A stretch of DNA of 63,782 bases, filler included, from Jimgerdemannia flammicorona (lineage: Eukaryota), in assembly GCA_003990765.1 (NCBI GenBank). It is 3 parts of 3 records of this genome, joined end to end, with 100 filler letters (N's around TTAATTAATTAA, not from the genome) between each part and the next. Parts side by side here need not be neighbours in the genome. Positions count along the whole stretch, not along the records: positions 42,592 to 63,782 come from RBNJ01001507.1; 2 more parts are not named here. The stretch is one strand, 5' to 3'. The position numbers and the translations under genes were made by a program. Below the pieces are notes generated by a model that did not search any database, was not told where the DNA came from, and saw only the letters and a list, made by a program, of their open reading frames with translations. Within the stretch, counting starts at the first letter, position 1, and the number at the start of each line of letters is the position of its first letter. Shown one piece after another: positions 45,107 through 60,430 of this stretch.

Positions 45107-48100
45107 CTTTTTTTTTTTTTTTTTTTTTTTATTTTTTATTTTATAGACTCTTGGACTCTATCCTTTATTAATTTACCCATCTATCTAATATAAATATATT
45201 GAGCCTGCCCCTATCCAATCCCCCTAGGGGGCCCTCCTCTCTCTACCTCATTATGATTAAAGACCACTAGGTCTTTAATCATTATAACCTATCCACCACT
45301 CTGTTTGCAGATTCTTTCCAACAGATGGTAATGGCACCTACCCTGGAGACCTCAACCCACCCACCACTCTGTCAATAAATCTCCCAACAACCTCTCCCAT
45401 CTAAACAACTTCTCTTGCAGACCCATCTGTTGTCTCTCCTCAAAAACAAAGAGCTAATGTCCAGCCAGCCCTATCCATATAGCTAAAACCCACCCTACAG
45501 TGAGCCATTCATTGCCCACACCTCTCACCAACCTAATTCTCAAATCTTCCCATCAACCTCTCTCCCCATCTGGTCCCCTCTTAACCCCCAACCATATACC
45601 TACTGCTAACCAAAAGTCCCTCAAAACCTTGTACTCTCTCAGCCAATATTCTGATATCTATATAAATCCCCCAATTTATCCAACATTGTAACACTCCTCA
45701 AAGTCCAGTTGCCACTCATCTACCAGATGCCTAGTATGGAAATTCAACATAACATTCCTCCAAAGTATCCTTCACCATACTACCCAGAACTTGGGAGGAA
45801 GCCACCTCCTCACCTCAGTACTCCATAACTAGACTCCTGCCTAGTCCCATTTCTCACCAATCCCCACTGCTTGCCAACCACCAGGCAAGATATTTTGTCC
45901 CAATCCCCTCTGGTACTCTACTCTATCACTAATGTCAAACTCAACCAGTAGAGTACCCCCCAATAGCAGTCTGTTCCATCATTACATCACTGGACCCAAT
46001 AGCATTCTCCTTCATTACTATGTCAGTATAAACCAATACCATGAGCTCTATCTACTACCCCCCACCAGAAGCCTTTATACTTTAACCAATAGCTCCCACC
46101 CAGACCCACCAATGATAACAAGTCTCCTGAGAACCCTCTTGGAGAGACCTCATCTCCTACACTTTCTGCATCAGTAGCACCCATCCTACTCTCTATAGTT
46201 CCATAGTCCACTTCAGCCACTAAGCTCTCAGGCTGTAGAGCCTCTTAGTAAGATCCACCAGTCCTAGCTCTCCTCTCACCACTGGTAATGATAGGGTATT
46301 CCAGCTGATCTGGGACTACCTCCTAGTCCAAATCCAAGCCCTAGCTAGCTTCATTAGCCTCTTTACTACCCAAGCTGAGAAGTCTAAGTGATAAGCAATA
46401 TACCATAGCTTAGGGAATCAGTAGACATTTAGAATTGATACCCAGTCTGCTAGTTAGATGTGGCAACCTCCCCAACTTCTAAGAGCCTCACCCCAAATGG
46501 CCACCCTCCTCTCACTAGTCCATTCCTCAACACTATTGTCTCACACTTATACTAGTTGAGTTTCACTTCAGAGTGTCTTGTACCATTCCACTGTCTCTTT
46601 AAGCACCTTGACATCTATCACTAATCTCAGTCCAACCATTATATCATCTGCAAAGACCCCCACCTTCTACACTACACCATAAATAGAGAGCCCTGCCCCC
46701 TTCCTGTAAATCCTATCCATCAGAGGCTCCAATGAAAGAGTATATAATATCAGAGACAGTGGATCCCCCTGAGAAACTCCTCTCCCCAAGAGAAATATCA
46801 GACCTTAGTGACTATTGTACATCAATACTGCCTAACTTCCCTCCAACAGATTCAATATAGAAGCTCAAAATCGTGAGGGAATACCAATTCTGTCCAGCAT
46901 CTTACCCAGCCAAATACTCTGAACATGATCATAGGCCCTCTCCTGGTCCAGAAAGACTAGCCTCCCATCCAATCTACAAGTCTGTACCCCTTCAATGATA
47001 CCATAGACCCAGGCTGTCCCATCTCTGATAGGTCTGCCTCCAACAAAGCCCCACTGCTCCTCTCCCAGCACCTTTTGGGCAACCTTCTGCAATCTTACCA
47101 CAATTACCTTAGTAACCATCTTTCTGTCCATATCCAGAAGTATGATTAGTCACCAGTTCTTCCAGTCCTCTCTCTCTCCCTTGTTCTTATACAGGAGGGC
47201 CATCAGTCCTAGATTCTGCCCTCCAACCTAGTCACTATTTAGGAAAATAAGGTTACATAGTACTGCCATTTCTCCTAATACCCCAGAGACTCTTGCCATC
47301 TACTCCCAAAAGTCCCAAGGTAATCCATCCTCTCCTGGTACTGTTCCAAGCTTAATTGTTACAAGAACTCTGTGAATCTCCTCCTCCTAGACTGGTAGGA
47401 TCAAATCCCCCAGGCCCTCTACCTGTGGTGGCTTCCAATCCTCCAGGGTGTCACTGATTGTTTCAGCATCAGCAACCCCTTCCTTCTCACTCCACAGCCC
47501 CCTCTACCTCTCCTTCAATACCCCCAAGATCTGTTGTATACTATGAATCATTTTCCCCTCTATATCAAGAACTCCATCCCATCAATGTCTCACTCTTCTT
47601 ACCTGAAGGAGCCTTGATAAGTACCTAGTAGGCCTTTCACCCTCCTCAAGCCCCTGCCACCTCAGTCTAGCTGCCATTTCTTTCATACACAACTCCTCCT
47701 CTTCTCTCATCACTTGATGTAATTCCACCACCTCTATCTTAGCTCTCACCAACCTCCAATCATCCATCTCACCAGAGTTTATTATATCTGCCCATTCCAT
47801 CTACAGTCTAATCAACTGATTCAAAGTACACCTCACCCTTTTCCTTCTCTGCCTCCCAGTATCCCTTCCAGCTCTCCCCCAGTATACTCTCATAGCTTCT
47901 TTCAACCTTATCCACTGAACACCTACTGCTATGCCTTCCTGTCTCCAGCCCCCAATCCTCCCCTAGATATCTTCCACCCATGAGTCTTATAACATTTTCT
48001 CAGCCAGCAGAAAGGAGTTAAGGCACCAATATCTGGGTCCATCTCCACTCCCCCCAAACTGCCCCTGCCCTAACAGGTCCCAATGATCAGACCATGGGCA

Positions 48101-50480
48101 CCACTCTACCTCCAGAGACCTCCAGATATCCAAGCCCCAGTATTCAGCTGACAGAATCCAGTCACTTCTTATACCTAAGTCTCACTTAATGTGTGTAGAT
48201 TCTCTTTTCTCCCCACTTCATTCTGCCTATATCCCCTAAGGAGCTAAGGCTCTCTAGCTCCTCTCATGCATTCAGGCCACCACTTCTTCCACCAGTACTC
48301 CTTTCTCTATCAGTTCTATTTAACTGAGGGTTTCATACCATATTAAAGTCCCAACCCAGAACATCTACCCCATCCTTCAAGAAAGTGCCCTCCTCTAAGA
48401 GCCCCTTAATTCATACAATCCTCTCACCTCTAACTACTAGGCAGTAGCAAGAGCCAACTCTCACTGGCTCTCACCCAGGTCAATGCCACTCCCTCTATAT
48501 CAAGCAGTCTCTCTAGTTTCTGATTTCCCCTAGATCTCCCTTGCCACTCTGTATCAATATTACCACTTTACCAATCCACACTACACTACCTCCCCATTCT
48601 CTAGTCTACTTTACTTGATCCACATCATCCTTACACTGTACATCCTGCAGCAGGAAGAGATCGGCCTCTAATTCCTTAAGCCAAGTAAAAATGTTCTGAT
48701 GCTGCCCTGAACCCCATAGCCCATTTACATTAAGAGAGAAAATGTTAGTTGTACTGTTCATTGGGAATAATGTTTAGATAAAAAGTCCCCACACTCCCTT
48801 TACTGCTCTACCTCCATCTGCTCCTGTGCCAAGTCTAAGATATATTTCACATTCCACTCCTCCTCCTCAATTCTCCTTACCTCTAATCCCCCCAGAAACT
48901 CATTCAGTCCCCCCTCCTCCTTCTCCTCAAAATCCTCATAATACTCCTGACAGGCATCCTGTCAGAGCTGCCAACCATGATGCTCCATCCAACAGTAGGC
49001 TGCCCACTCACCTGCCACCACAGCCAACTCAGCCTTCCTCTCCTCATCGACCTCATACCCCTCCTTCTCTAGGAAAACTGCAAGTACTTCTGCCTTTAAT
49101 GCCTCCACTACTCCATCACCATACAGGACCCTCACCCAATGCTCATCACTCATCACCCTTAAGTCCACCTCTCCCAACTCCTCAGCTGTAAAGTTATTCA
49201 TCACCTGATACATCCAGAGCAAGTTCCCCACCTCCTTCTCCCCAGGCATCACTGGTCAGCCCCCATCTAGCATTGTTATATCAGTCCCCACACTTGCAGT
49301 CTCATCCCACCCCTTCTCAGGGATATCCACTAATTCCTTCTCACCTACCACCATCACCTGACCCCCCTTCTTTACCTCAGGAACTCCAAATCATACTTAC
49401 TGATCTCTATGCATTAGCACATCCACTGTCTCATGTCTCTTTACTGCAGGTCCTCTCCTGATAAGAGAGGTGGGAGAATTCTCCTAGACTTCCTCCCAGA
49501 CTTCAAACATACTATCCTTATATAGATCTCTACTAGGTATCTTCCTGGACTCCTCTTGACCCCTCCCTTCCACCTCACCATTTCTGCCAGCCCAGACACT
49601 TGCCTTGGCTCCCCCAGTATCCTCACTATCCTAAGCAGATATTGACACCTCTTCCCCTAGCTTTGCCAGCAGCTCTCTCTGTAACTTACAGTCTTAGAAC
49701 CTCTCCCACATTTTCTTATCTACTTGAATATACTTCCCTTCAATAATCTCCAAGTGTCTTGCCTCTACATATGCCTTCCAGGCCTTTGCCCTCCTCTTTA
49801 CTGCTCCACTCTACTCCTTCAATGCCTTCAGCAGATCCTCCTTCTTCTCCTCCCTGCTCTTCACCCTTGATACCATACAAATGAAGGCTCTCAACAGCAT
49901 GAATGAAGGCCAGTCACTCATCTTCCCCATGGCCTCTTTCCCAGCAAGCCAGATCCTGACATCCACATCTTCAGTTCTGAGAGTGGTCCCCTCTCACACC
50001 TGAAATCCAATATTAACTATGTCTTCATACTCCACTATCACCTCCTCAACCCTCCTGCTGGTCTCAGCCATCATCACTGTAGGCACCCCCTTCACCAAAA
50101 GCTGAACCACCCTGGGGTCCCATCTTAAGCAGCACACTATAGAGACCACCACCTCCCCTACAGCCACTCTTGTCTTCATTGCATCCTCCAGTGGGCTTGC
50201 CTTCTCAAATCTCACTGAGACAGCTCCAGCCACCTGCTTAGAGATAAGCCCTAGAACCATCCTTGCCATCACTGCTAAGTCCTGGAAGTATAAGATTATA
50301 GTAAACTTCAAAATTGACTTCTTGAGTTATAGTGCCACTCCCAGCCCCATCATACTATCAGCCAGGTCTCCCATCCACTTTGAGCTCAATAGTCTGATCT
50401 CTCTATCAATTATCATATGTGGATTTTTTTCCTAATCCACAGTCACACTCCTATCAGTAGTCTCCCCTCTATCCTCAGTA
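45107..50480 (-). mobile_element. L1/Tx1-like LINE copy D, near full length, decayed
   Basis: Poly(A) at 45107-45142, RT and EN remnants, ORF2 ATG at 48761, ORF1 remnants to about 50480. Confidence 0.92.
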
Positions 50481-52049
50481 ACTTCTTCAGAAATCTGGAC
50501 TAATTGAGTGCTCACCTTATAGATGTTAGATATCTTTAGGACTAGAGAGTGATATACTAAGAGATCCTTTAGAGATTAGTAGTAGTTATTGATATGTTTG
50601 GTCCTAGAGTCTGGCTCTAGAAGCTATTTTACTGACTTGAGATATAGTTCTGAGAGATTGTTGAGAGTAGTAGAAGTTGGAACATTGGTTACTCTGAGAT
50701 TTATTTTTCTGACCCTGGCTCCTAGAGATAAATTTGTCACAGATAGAGGAGGAGTTGTTCTGTAGGATAGAAGACTAGCTGGAGACCATTTGAACTATAA
50801 GTTAATATTTCTGATATTTGGTATCTTTATGGAAATAGCAGATAAAATCAGTATTGAAGAGATTTCTATTATACTGAAAACTGGAGATAATAGTATAGTA
50901 TATAGAGATAAGATGAGAGACCAGCTAGTAGCCTTAGTGAGTTTGATATATTAATAGATATAGATGTTTTCAGCTTAATGAAATCTAATCTGGAAGGAGT
51001 CTTAGAGTTTTTTCACTATAGGAGTAATGATAGCTTTATAGATTAAGCTATGATACATATCAGTTACATTACTCTATAACTTGAGGATATGCAGGAGAAT
51101 AGTAATAAGGCCAAGTATATTATTGATCATATATTGGGAATCAGTAAGAATATAGTCAGTATCCCAAGTAGTCTTGGGAAAATTATCAAGGAAGGCCTCA
51201 TCAATAGAGAGAGTTCAAAAGACACTACTCTTGGGCTTCAGATTATAGCAGATAAGCTTTCAAAGGCTATAGAGAGTGAGGTATATATAGATATATTTAG
51301 TAGGAATAATATTGTTAAAAGTGGGTGAGATAGAAAAATATCCAATAGATCTTATTTTTGTAATAGTGAGAAATTCATCATTGCTGCCCTTATTATCAAT
51401 AAGAGTATTATTATCCATTTCATTAGATAGTATATCAAGTCTAGAAAATAGATCTCTGATATATCTAGTCTATTAGAGGAAGAGAGAATCAATGGCCTAC
51501 TGTTGTCCATATTTAGTAATAATTACTAGATCTGGAAGAGTAGGGCTAAGGTAAACTATAATCACTATAGTGATCTGTTGAATTAATTTGATCCATATAT
51601 TTAGCCAAAGTAGCATATTATTATTACTGTTGAAGTTACTCATTATTTTCATTATTTATATTAAGAAAAGTTTCATAGATAAAAAGGAAAAAGGCAAACT
51701 GCTAAGCTTTCAAAATAGCTAAGAGACAGACTTTATGAGAGCCAGAATCTATATTACTTTATTTGATATTATATTATATATATATATCTTAAAAAGATGA
51801 ATTTTCAGATATATATAAACCAACTATATTTAAGATAAATAAGTATATCAATACTATCAGGATAGTATATACTGACTCTGAAACAGTTTGGAACTAAGTA
51901 AAACTTAGTAAATCTATAAATAGAATACCAAGGAGTAATCTATAACTAATGGATTATATTCAAAACTTAGTAAATTAAATAAATTCTCTCAGTATATCTA
52001 TAGATAATATTGGTAATAATATAAGGTTATAGTACTTATAAGAGGACTC

Positions 52050-52835
52050 TCAGATATATATAATATAGCAGAGTACTAAAGGGGAATAAATCAGAATTTG
52101 TAGTCTGTGGGCTAGCAGATAATTAAGATTGTTGAAGAGTGGAACTGGATAGGTATCTGGTCCTGGAGTACTGAAGTATAGTGATGGCTTCCTCTAAAGT
52201 TCTGGTATTTATTGAGAAGAAATATTATACTGAACTTTTAGTTGAGTTACTTGGTAGATATTATGTACTTTGATTGTAAGGAGTATTATGATATAGGGCA
52301 GAAGAGGGGTTTTGTACAGATGTCTGAACATTGGTTAAGTGAGTGTGAGATATTTGAGAATTTCTAAAATATAGTTAGGAATTGCCTACAAGTAGTAAGG
52401 AGGGAGGATGGTGAGAGAGATAGGTAAGATAATTTGAGAGAGTGATTAGTAGATTATATAGATAATAAGTGGCTTATCATTGAGTAAGTTTTGATATTAT
52501 GGGTGAGATTGACTGAATACTGATAGTATGTATTTGAGGAGAAGAGTTAGATGAGTTTAGAGGAGCATTTGGCAAAGCAGGTAAAGTTATTAGAGAATGT
52601 TATATCTAACTGGTAGATGAAGTAAGATCTTTAGAGTAGTTATTACTAGTGACTAGTAGAGGAGATTTGTGAGTAAAATTGGGGGAGAATAGTGATAGTT
52701 AATAGTCTGGTGATCTTTAATCATAAAGAAGTATGGGGTGGTCTCTCAAGGAAGATTGATTAGTAGAGTTTATAGTATTGTATTATAGATTAGATAGGTT
52801 TGATAATAAATAATAGAGTTTAAGTAACTATAAAT
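52050..52835 (+). mobile_element. LINE copy E, 3' fragment
   Basis: C-terminal QMSEHWLSECE motif near 52315-52350 and decayed AATAAA..AGTTTAAGTAACTAT tail. Confidence 0.82.
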
Positions 52836-53999
52836 ATATATATATAATATAACAGTAATAGTTATTCACAAGAAGAGAAGACTTATAGACTATACTAACA
52901 TAATTTTGAGTCTTATAAATAAAGATATATATCTAGAAATATCAGTGAAGATAATGATAGGAATATATTCTATAACTTCTATATTGAGATAAGAAGTATT
53001 AATAAGAGAAAGAGAGATAAACCCAAATATAAAATAAATATAAAAGTTACCAATTATTAAAGTTTGAGAGCTCTATATATATTGTAGCAAGTATGAGCAT
53101 AAATTGTTAGAATAGGAAGAATGATAGAAATAAGGAAAGCAATAGTTAAAATATGTATAAAAAGAGTAATTAATATATTAAATAATAAAAAGAAAAGTAT
53201 AGTAATATAAATTCTATCAAAATAGATGATAATAATATAGATATTTTCTTTACTCAAGCAAAACACCCATATGGAAATTTTGGACTAATGAAAATAGTTA
53301 GTTCTATTACTAATTTTGCTAGCACTAGTTCTATTAGTATAAGATATATAAGCAGGTCTATTACTTTTTTTTTTTTTTTTTTTTTTAATGGACAAGCAGG
53401 TCTATTACTAGTAATCTGTTATCTCTAATTAGTTTACAAAATACTTTTAAGCTAATAAAAATTAATGACATCAGTACTACCAGTAGTATAAGTAATAGAA
53501 TATCAATTATATATTTAGCTTTGTATCTAATAAATATACTAACATAGCTAATAGCAATAATTTTTAACTAATAGATTCAAATACCTTATAATATATAATG
53601 GTCTAAAGAGAGTAGTTTTCTCTATATGAGTTTTTTGAACATCTGGTGGTAATTAAATTAGATAATTATAATATTATATACTCAAAACAGAGTGAATATA
53701 GAAATATATCTCAATAGTATTATTATAGAGTCTGCTAGTACTTTTTTAGATATACTATATACTTTAGAAATTAGTAAAAACTTATTTTTAATAAGAAAAA
53801 TAATAGCTCATAGGGTTAAGGAGATTTACATAAATCTGAATATTATAACAATAGTAAAGAATTGATGATTGTCTCAAATTAAGGTAATCTTTATATAAAC
53901 AGCATACTGAATAATATAAAAGTCTATACATATATTTATAATAACAACATGTAATATACCTAATATATAGTATTAATAATTAGAATATATCAGTAATTC

Positions 54000-54690
54000 A
54001 AGTCTTGAGAGGATGATCAAAAGCCAATCTATAAGAAAATTACAGATATATATACTATAATATACCAGCTCAATGAAGGTAAATTATAAGATTGAAACTA
54101 TTATATTGATTAGTCTGAGCTCTTAGTTACTTTGTCAAAAAGTAATAAAATGTTCAATAGCTATTTCTCATATAAGAAATAGGTATAAGTTCTTAAGTTC
54201 ATATATAATACATATAAATAACTTTAGCAGTATTTTCTAATTAGATAGAATCTATATAATATAGTAAGTTTGGTAGACTTCTTAAATAAAGCAGATAACT
54301 CAGATAATCTAAATTAGTAGACTTCTCAAAAATATTAGCTAAGCTCTTTTTTTGAACTTAGTAATAAAGACTTTCTATCAGAAAGTAGACTAGAGTAAAA
54401 AGTAAGCTCACAACTTCTTAATAGTAATTTGTTGGCAGATATATCTCTAAAATATAATAATTTATCTTAAATTAAGTAATTTTTAGCAAATATTTCTCCT
54501 AAGTATATCAGATAATTGGCTTTTGCTTTTGAACTTTTGGGACTGAGATTTATTTACCTAAATCTCTGGGGTATTTTTTACAGATATAGTTACTATCTAA
54601 TGCTATTTCAAAAGAGAAGTAATCAGGTATATCTAGTAGAGATAGATATATCTAATGGACATAAGTATGTCCATAAAAAAGACAATTTTC
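54000..54690. repeat. Inverted homologue of the 18900-19500 repeat
   Basis: Reverse-complement similarity over several hundred bases; boundaries approximate. Confidence 0.55.
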
Positions 54691-54698
54691 TCTAGTAA

Positions 54699-57600
54699 TA
54701 TTTAGATTATACAAACTTTTAGCAATACTCACAACATCATTTTTGGACAATAGGCATTAGAAACATGGTAATCAATGGGTATCCCAAGATATATACTGGG
54801 TAGGGTAGCTCTAGTATATTTGACTAGCAGTATATAGAGAGGAGTTATGACTTGGGAGAAAGTATGTGAGATTTGTTAGCTAGAGGATGTGAAAGGGGAA
54901 GAGATAGTACTGAGAGACAGGGAACTGAGAGAATGAGCTTTACTAATAAGGTGAAAGAGGGATATCTATTGACTAGATTGGAGGGTTGGCTGAGGAAGGA
55001 CAAGAAGATGGTGAAGACTATAGAGCCTGGTAGAGTGATCTATAATAGTGAGGGCAGTGGGGCTGGGGGAGTTGGGGGGAGCAGGACTACTGGTAATAAG
55101 GAGACTGTCAATCTGAAAAAAAAAATTCCAAATGTATTAGTTATTGATAGCTCTGAACAGAGGGTGGGCACAAGGTCCAGAGACTTGGCAGATAGTATAA
55201 TGAGCCTGGTGGTGATATCATTACTCAAGAAATCAAGATTAGAATTCATAATTATATTGTATTTCTAGGGCTTGGTAGTTATAGTGAAGATAATTCTGGG
55301 GCTACTAATCCAGAAGATAAAAGGAGCAGCCTCAGTGAAGTTTTTGAAGGATTTGGAAGAAGTGGAGATGGGCTTTAAGAAGAAGGATATACTGCTGGAA
55401 ATGATAGAGAAGAGAGTTGTGGTGGGGGGAAGTAGTGATCTCCATGGCCTAGTGCTTACACTGAGACCCCTGTATAGTATAGTTGATAGTGATAGATGTA
55501 TCTATAGTATTGAAGGAGACAGCCAGGGGGTTGATTGTAGAGGCCATCAAGGAGTATAAAGACATCATGGATGTTGGGTTTTGGGTCTGAGAAGGCATAG
55601 AGTTCAGGATAAGAGATGTGAATATCAGAGTACAGCTGGTGGACAAGGAAAATACAGAAAAGTGAGGAACTGACCAGTAGTTCTCAAATGGAGACCTGTG
55701 GAGTATAAGGTCTCAAGAGTGAAAGGGATATCTGAGGAAGAAGATGACTTGCTAGAGGTATTGGAGGATCTGGCTAGAGCCATTGAGAGGAGGAGATTGG
55801 TCTGAAAAGAGTTTGAGATTACATAAGATAATAGTAGAGATTATAAATAGCAAGAGGGTGAAGCTGGATTGAGCAGTCTGAGAGAGTGCACAGGGGAGAT
55901 ATATTCAGAAGAATCTGTTGGCAAATTTGGAAGAGAGGGCAGAGGGGAGAATCACCACTAAAGATACTGAGTTGAGGATAAGTATCTAGACAGAAGAGAA
56001 GGAGATGGCACCAAAAGAGACCCCAGGGGTAAGCAGGGGCACAGGACAGAGTGGAGTTGTGGAAGATGAGAAGATGGTCAAGGAGGAGTACCCTCAGTAT
56101 AGAGTACCAGCAGGGGCTGGAGGAGATGATAAATTGCAGGATATACTGGAGAAGAATTGAGATGAGTTAGTGAGGATAAATGCAGAGGGAGTGCAGGTGA
56201 AAAGGGAGAAGAGGGTGGCTCAGAGAGTGGAGAAGACTATTGATAAAGAGAAATAACTGTAGAAAATACTGGCAAATATAGTGGTTGAGGATCTGAGAGG
56301 GGAGAACTTTTAGATGCTGAGTGAGAGACACTGGGGTAAAATCCTATGAGATGAGAAGATGCTGTAGAAACTCCAAGCCAAGATAATTGTAGCTTTGCTA
56401 GAGGCTGATGCATATTATAGATGATGATAGAGAGGCAGTACTTCTGGTGATTGTAAATAACTGGGCTACATATCTATAGAGACTAAGAAAAGGGCTGACA
56501 AAGTGACAGATAATGTGTGAGGAGTACTGAATGGAGATGGAAGCAGTGGATAGTACTGATTATCAGAAGATCTTGAGGCATTGGAGGCTCAGTAGAGAGA
56601 GGCAGATAAGCTTGAGGTAGAGAGGAATCTGAATATTACAAGTGATGTAGTAAGTATGGAATTATAGAGTGGGCAGAGGTTTTTCTAAAAATAATATTAA
56701 ATATAAACAGTATAACTAGAATCTTCTTTTTGAATGTCAATGGGCTGCAAGATACAGTGAGGCATCAAAATATCTTTGGTTAGCTAAAGGGGCTGGATGT
56801 AGATTTGTTTCTACTATAGAATATTGGGTGTAATAGAGACTTGAATATTCTGGACTAGATGAAGAAATGGGATAGTGCAGCTATATAGCAAGGGCATGTG
56901 GGCATTCTGGTTAGAAAGAGCAAGAGGGACATTGGGGATATTGAACATTAAGAGAGCAGGGTAGTATGGGGAGTTTGGAAGAGACTGAGTTAGAGACTCT
57001 TGACAGTTGGATCATATTACTATTCAGTAAAAAGAGGGGAGAGGGTGGAATAGATTCAAGGCCTATAAGAGTCTGGAGTATTGGTAGAGGTGGAGATTGA
57101 CTATCTAGGTGGGAACTTTAATATGATAAATGATGAGAAGGTGGACAGAACTAATGGAGGAAGGAGAATGGCTAGTAGGAATAATAGTATAGAGGTCTGG
57201 GAGGAAGTTGAATATCTGAGTTCTTCAGTGAATGCTGGGAGATATGGATGGGGGAATTATAGGGTCTACACTTACTAGATAGCAGAATTGGACTCAAGGA
57301 TTGACTGGGTGTTAACTGCTAAATGTTGGGGAGTTAATATCTAGAAAACTTTGGAAACTGTTTGTTATCTGTAGTCTGATCACTGGGGCCTTCTGGGTGT
57401 GGGAAGTTTTGGTGAAAGTAGGGAGGGGTCTGGATATTAGTACTCAAATACCTCACTTCTAGAGGAGGCCCTCTTATTGGATATATAAGTGATAGATATT
57501 AGCTCTAAGATACTTGACTAGAAAGTAAAGAGGTTGCTGATTGGAAATCACTAGAAGTGACTGAAGTTAGATGTACAATAGTACTGGGGGGAGGCAGGAA

Positions 57601-60430
57601 GAATGCATAGTGCTCAGAGGAGAAAGCAAGTAAGGTGGACCTCTCAGGAGGTTATTGGTGACTGGAGCAGATCTGCTGAATGATGGAGAGGAGAGAGATT
57701 GGAAGACCTAGTAGATCTAGCTAGAGGTGGAGGAGTTGAAGGGATTGCTGAGGCAGAAGAAAGATCTATAGATATAGAGTATAGTGGTCCAGCTGAGGTG
57801 ACAGAGTTTGGAAGAGGAGGAGAGGCCCCCCAAATTTTTGTTGCATCTTCTACAGATGAGAAAAGTATAGCAGTGGTAGAAGGGGGTGTTGGATGAGGCT
57901 GGAGAGTTGGACCAGTTGAGTATACAGTAGGGGTGTTGGATGAGGCTGGAGAGTTGGACCAGTTGAGTATATAGTAGGGGTGATTGTAGAGTGAGGAGGA
58001 AGAAGGGGTGGAGGTACTGGACATTGACCAATACTTAGAGAAATGGCAATCTGATCCAGCAGTAGACTTAGGTGATCTTAGTGATTCTGTCTGAGGAGAG
58101 GAGATTCAGCAGATACTGACAATGATGAGTTTGGAGATAGTATCAGAAAAAGATAAATTACTATGAGATTTTTGGAAGAAGATGGTAGGAGTTGTGCTAA
58201 TTCTAGAGGAGATGATAGTGATGTATAATGAAGTATTAGCTCAGGGGTGTGGATTGGGGGGCAGTGCTTAGGTCTTATAGCTCTGCTGTTTAAGAATAAG
58301 AGGAGGAGGGAGGAGTGGAAAAACTTGAAACTGATTGTGCTTCTGAATATGGATTGCAAGCTAGTGACAAAGATCTTAGTGGCTACACTACAAGGAGTGG
58401 CCCAGCAGGTACTAGAGACTGAGTAGAGAGGATTTTTAGTAGAACATCTGATCAGAGACAGGACAGTCTGGGTACATGGTATTATTGAAGGAGTTTGTAC
58501 CACTGAGATAAATAGATGGCTGGTTTTTTAGACCAAGAGAAGGCCTATGACAGGGTCCAGTAAGTGTGGTTAGAAGGAGTACTAAAGTATATAAGAGTCC
58601 CCCCTAGAGTCTAGCAGGCCTTGATCAGTCTGCTGGGAGGGAGTCAGGCAGCAATTATAGTGAATAAATATAGGGGGGTTTCATTTTCTCTGGGTAGAAG
58701 AGTGCTACAGAAGAATCCACAATTGTCAATCCTGTATGCACTGTCTCTGGAGCTTCTTTTGGATAGGATTTGGCAAAAGGTGGGAGGGTTGGACATTTTT
58801 AATTAGAAGTTGAGGCCCTTTGCCAACAATATGGTGGTCAGGTTGGGATCAGCTGAGGATGTGATACAACTAAAAGGTGTGGTAGAGTACATGAGAGGTG
58901 CTCAGGTACTAAGCTCAACTGGTATAAGTGAGAGACTTTAGTATTGAGAGGAGAGATAGTAGATAGGGACATAATTAGAATAATTGTCTGTGTAGATAAG
59001 GCTGTTCACTATCTAGAGATCTACTTCTCAGTATATAGCTCCTTATTATCTCACAAATAGTGGGAGCAGTAGTTGGCAGAGTAGGGGAGTACTCTTCTGG
59101 AGTAGAGTGGTCATTATATATCTCTGGCAGAGAGGGTGATAGTGCTGAATGTTTACTGGTTGCTGCAGCTATAGTACCTGGGGTATCACTTGGACTTTCT
59201 GATATTGGTAGTTAAGAGGTTATTGAAGATGACCAGGATCTGGATATGGGCAGGGCAACAGAGTCAGATTGGCTGGAAGATATTAACCTTACCAGTAGAC
59301 TGAGGAGGTCTGGGGCTACTGGATTTCTCTAAGTATCTGTATTGCTTATGGGCATAGTGGCTTAAGTGAGCTAACAAGTTGAGGGGCAAAGAGTGGGTTC
59401 CCCTCATACAGAGAGTATGAGAGGTCCAGTTCTCTTCTTGTAGTGCAACTGAGGACCTACTGTCTCTGGTGGTCTTAGAGGGGAGTCAGAGGATGTATTT
59501 TAGAGACTTCTATTAGAGAGTGGTTGATGGGGCTCACCAAATTGATCTCTGATAGTGGAGTGATAAGAGAGGAGAGAACTGGAGACCTCAGATGTAGAGG
59601 TGAGACTGCCTTCTGTTGAGTGGAATGCTAGTGGATAACTTCTGCTTGAAGAATGGCATAGAGTGTCTTCAAGATCATAGAAGGGATCTGTGGTCTGAGA
59701 TGTGGTAATGGGTAAGGATTAGAGAAGAGTGGAATTGGTATAGTACTTAGTTGTGGGGCATACAGGTAGTGAGAAAGATTCTTCTCAAGTTCTGGATAAT
59801 ATAGTAGAAACTTCTATAATACAATGTTATGTTGAACTACTGGTTGGATTACTTGATAGAAAGAGGTACTCAGGAGTGTAAGGAGTATCTGAACATTAGG
59901 CAGGAGAGGTATATAGTACAGACTCCTGAACATTGGCAAGAGGAGTATAAGGTGTTGGGCGATTTTTGGAGGACAATTGAGATATAGCTGAGAGTGTACT
60001 CACTGGAGGAGGGAGATGGGGTGACCTCCAGAGGAGGCTGGTGGGGGGGTTGGAAGATGAGTAGCTGATATTGAAATAGGAGCTGGCTGTTTGGCTCAGG
60101 CTTGCTAGACATTGGTTATATATATTTGAAGAAGGTCAATAGTTGTTGCTGAGAGTGAGAGTTACTAGATAGAAGTAGCTAATGATAGATATATTGAATG
60201 GGTAGTAGAGGAGATCAGGTGCTGGTAGGGGATATCAGAGGTAACTAGTGGAGATGATCTGTAGGAAGAGTGGAGAGAGGGTTAGAGTAGCTGAGAGGAT
60301 GGTGGCATTTCAGAAATATAGTGAGGGAGGGAAGGAGCCTCTTGTAGGATTGGATGAGGGGATCATTTGTATTAGTATAATATAGATAGTTTGGTAATAA
60401 AGTAGAAGTCCTTATAACTATATAAAAATA
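54699..60430 (+). mobile_element. L1/Tx1-like LINE copy F, full length, strongly decayed
   Basis: ORF1 ATG 54765, ORF1 end 56667, EN and RT remnants, AATAAA tail at about 60395-60430. Confidence 0.92.
57883..57976 (+). repeat. 47-bp tandem duplication within LINE F
   Basis: GGGGTGTTGGATGAGGCTGGAGAGTTGGACCAGTTGAGTATAYAGTA twice, one mismatch. Confidence 0.92.

Noticed and set aside
53057..53266. Hydrophobic 69-aa ORF
   Set aside because: Ile/Phe/Leu richness follows from AT-rich decayed sequence
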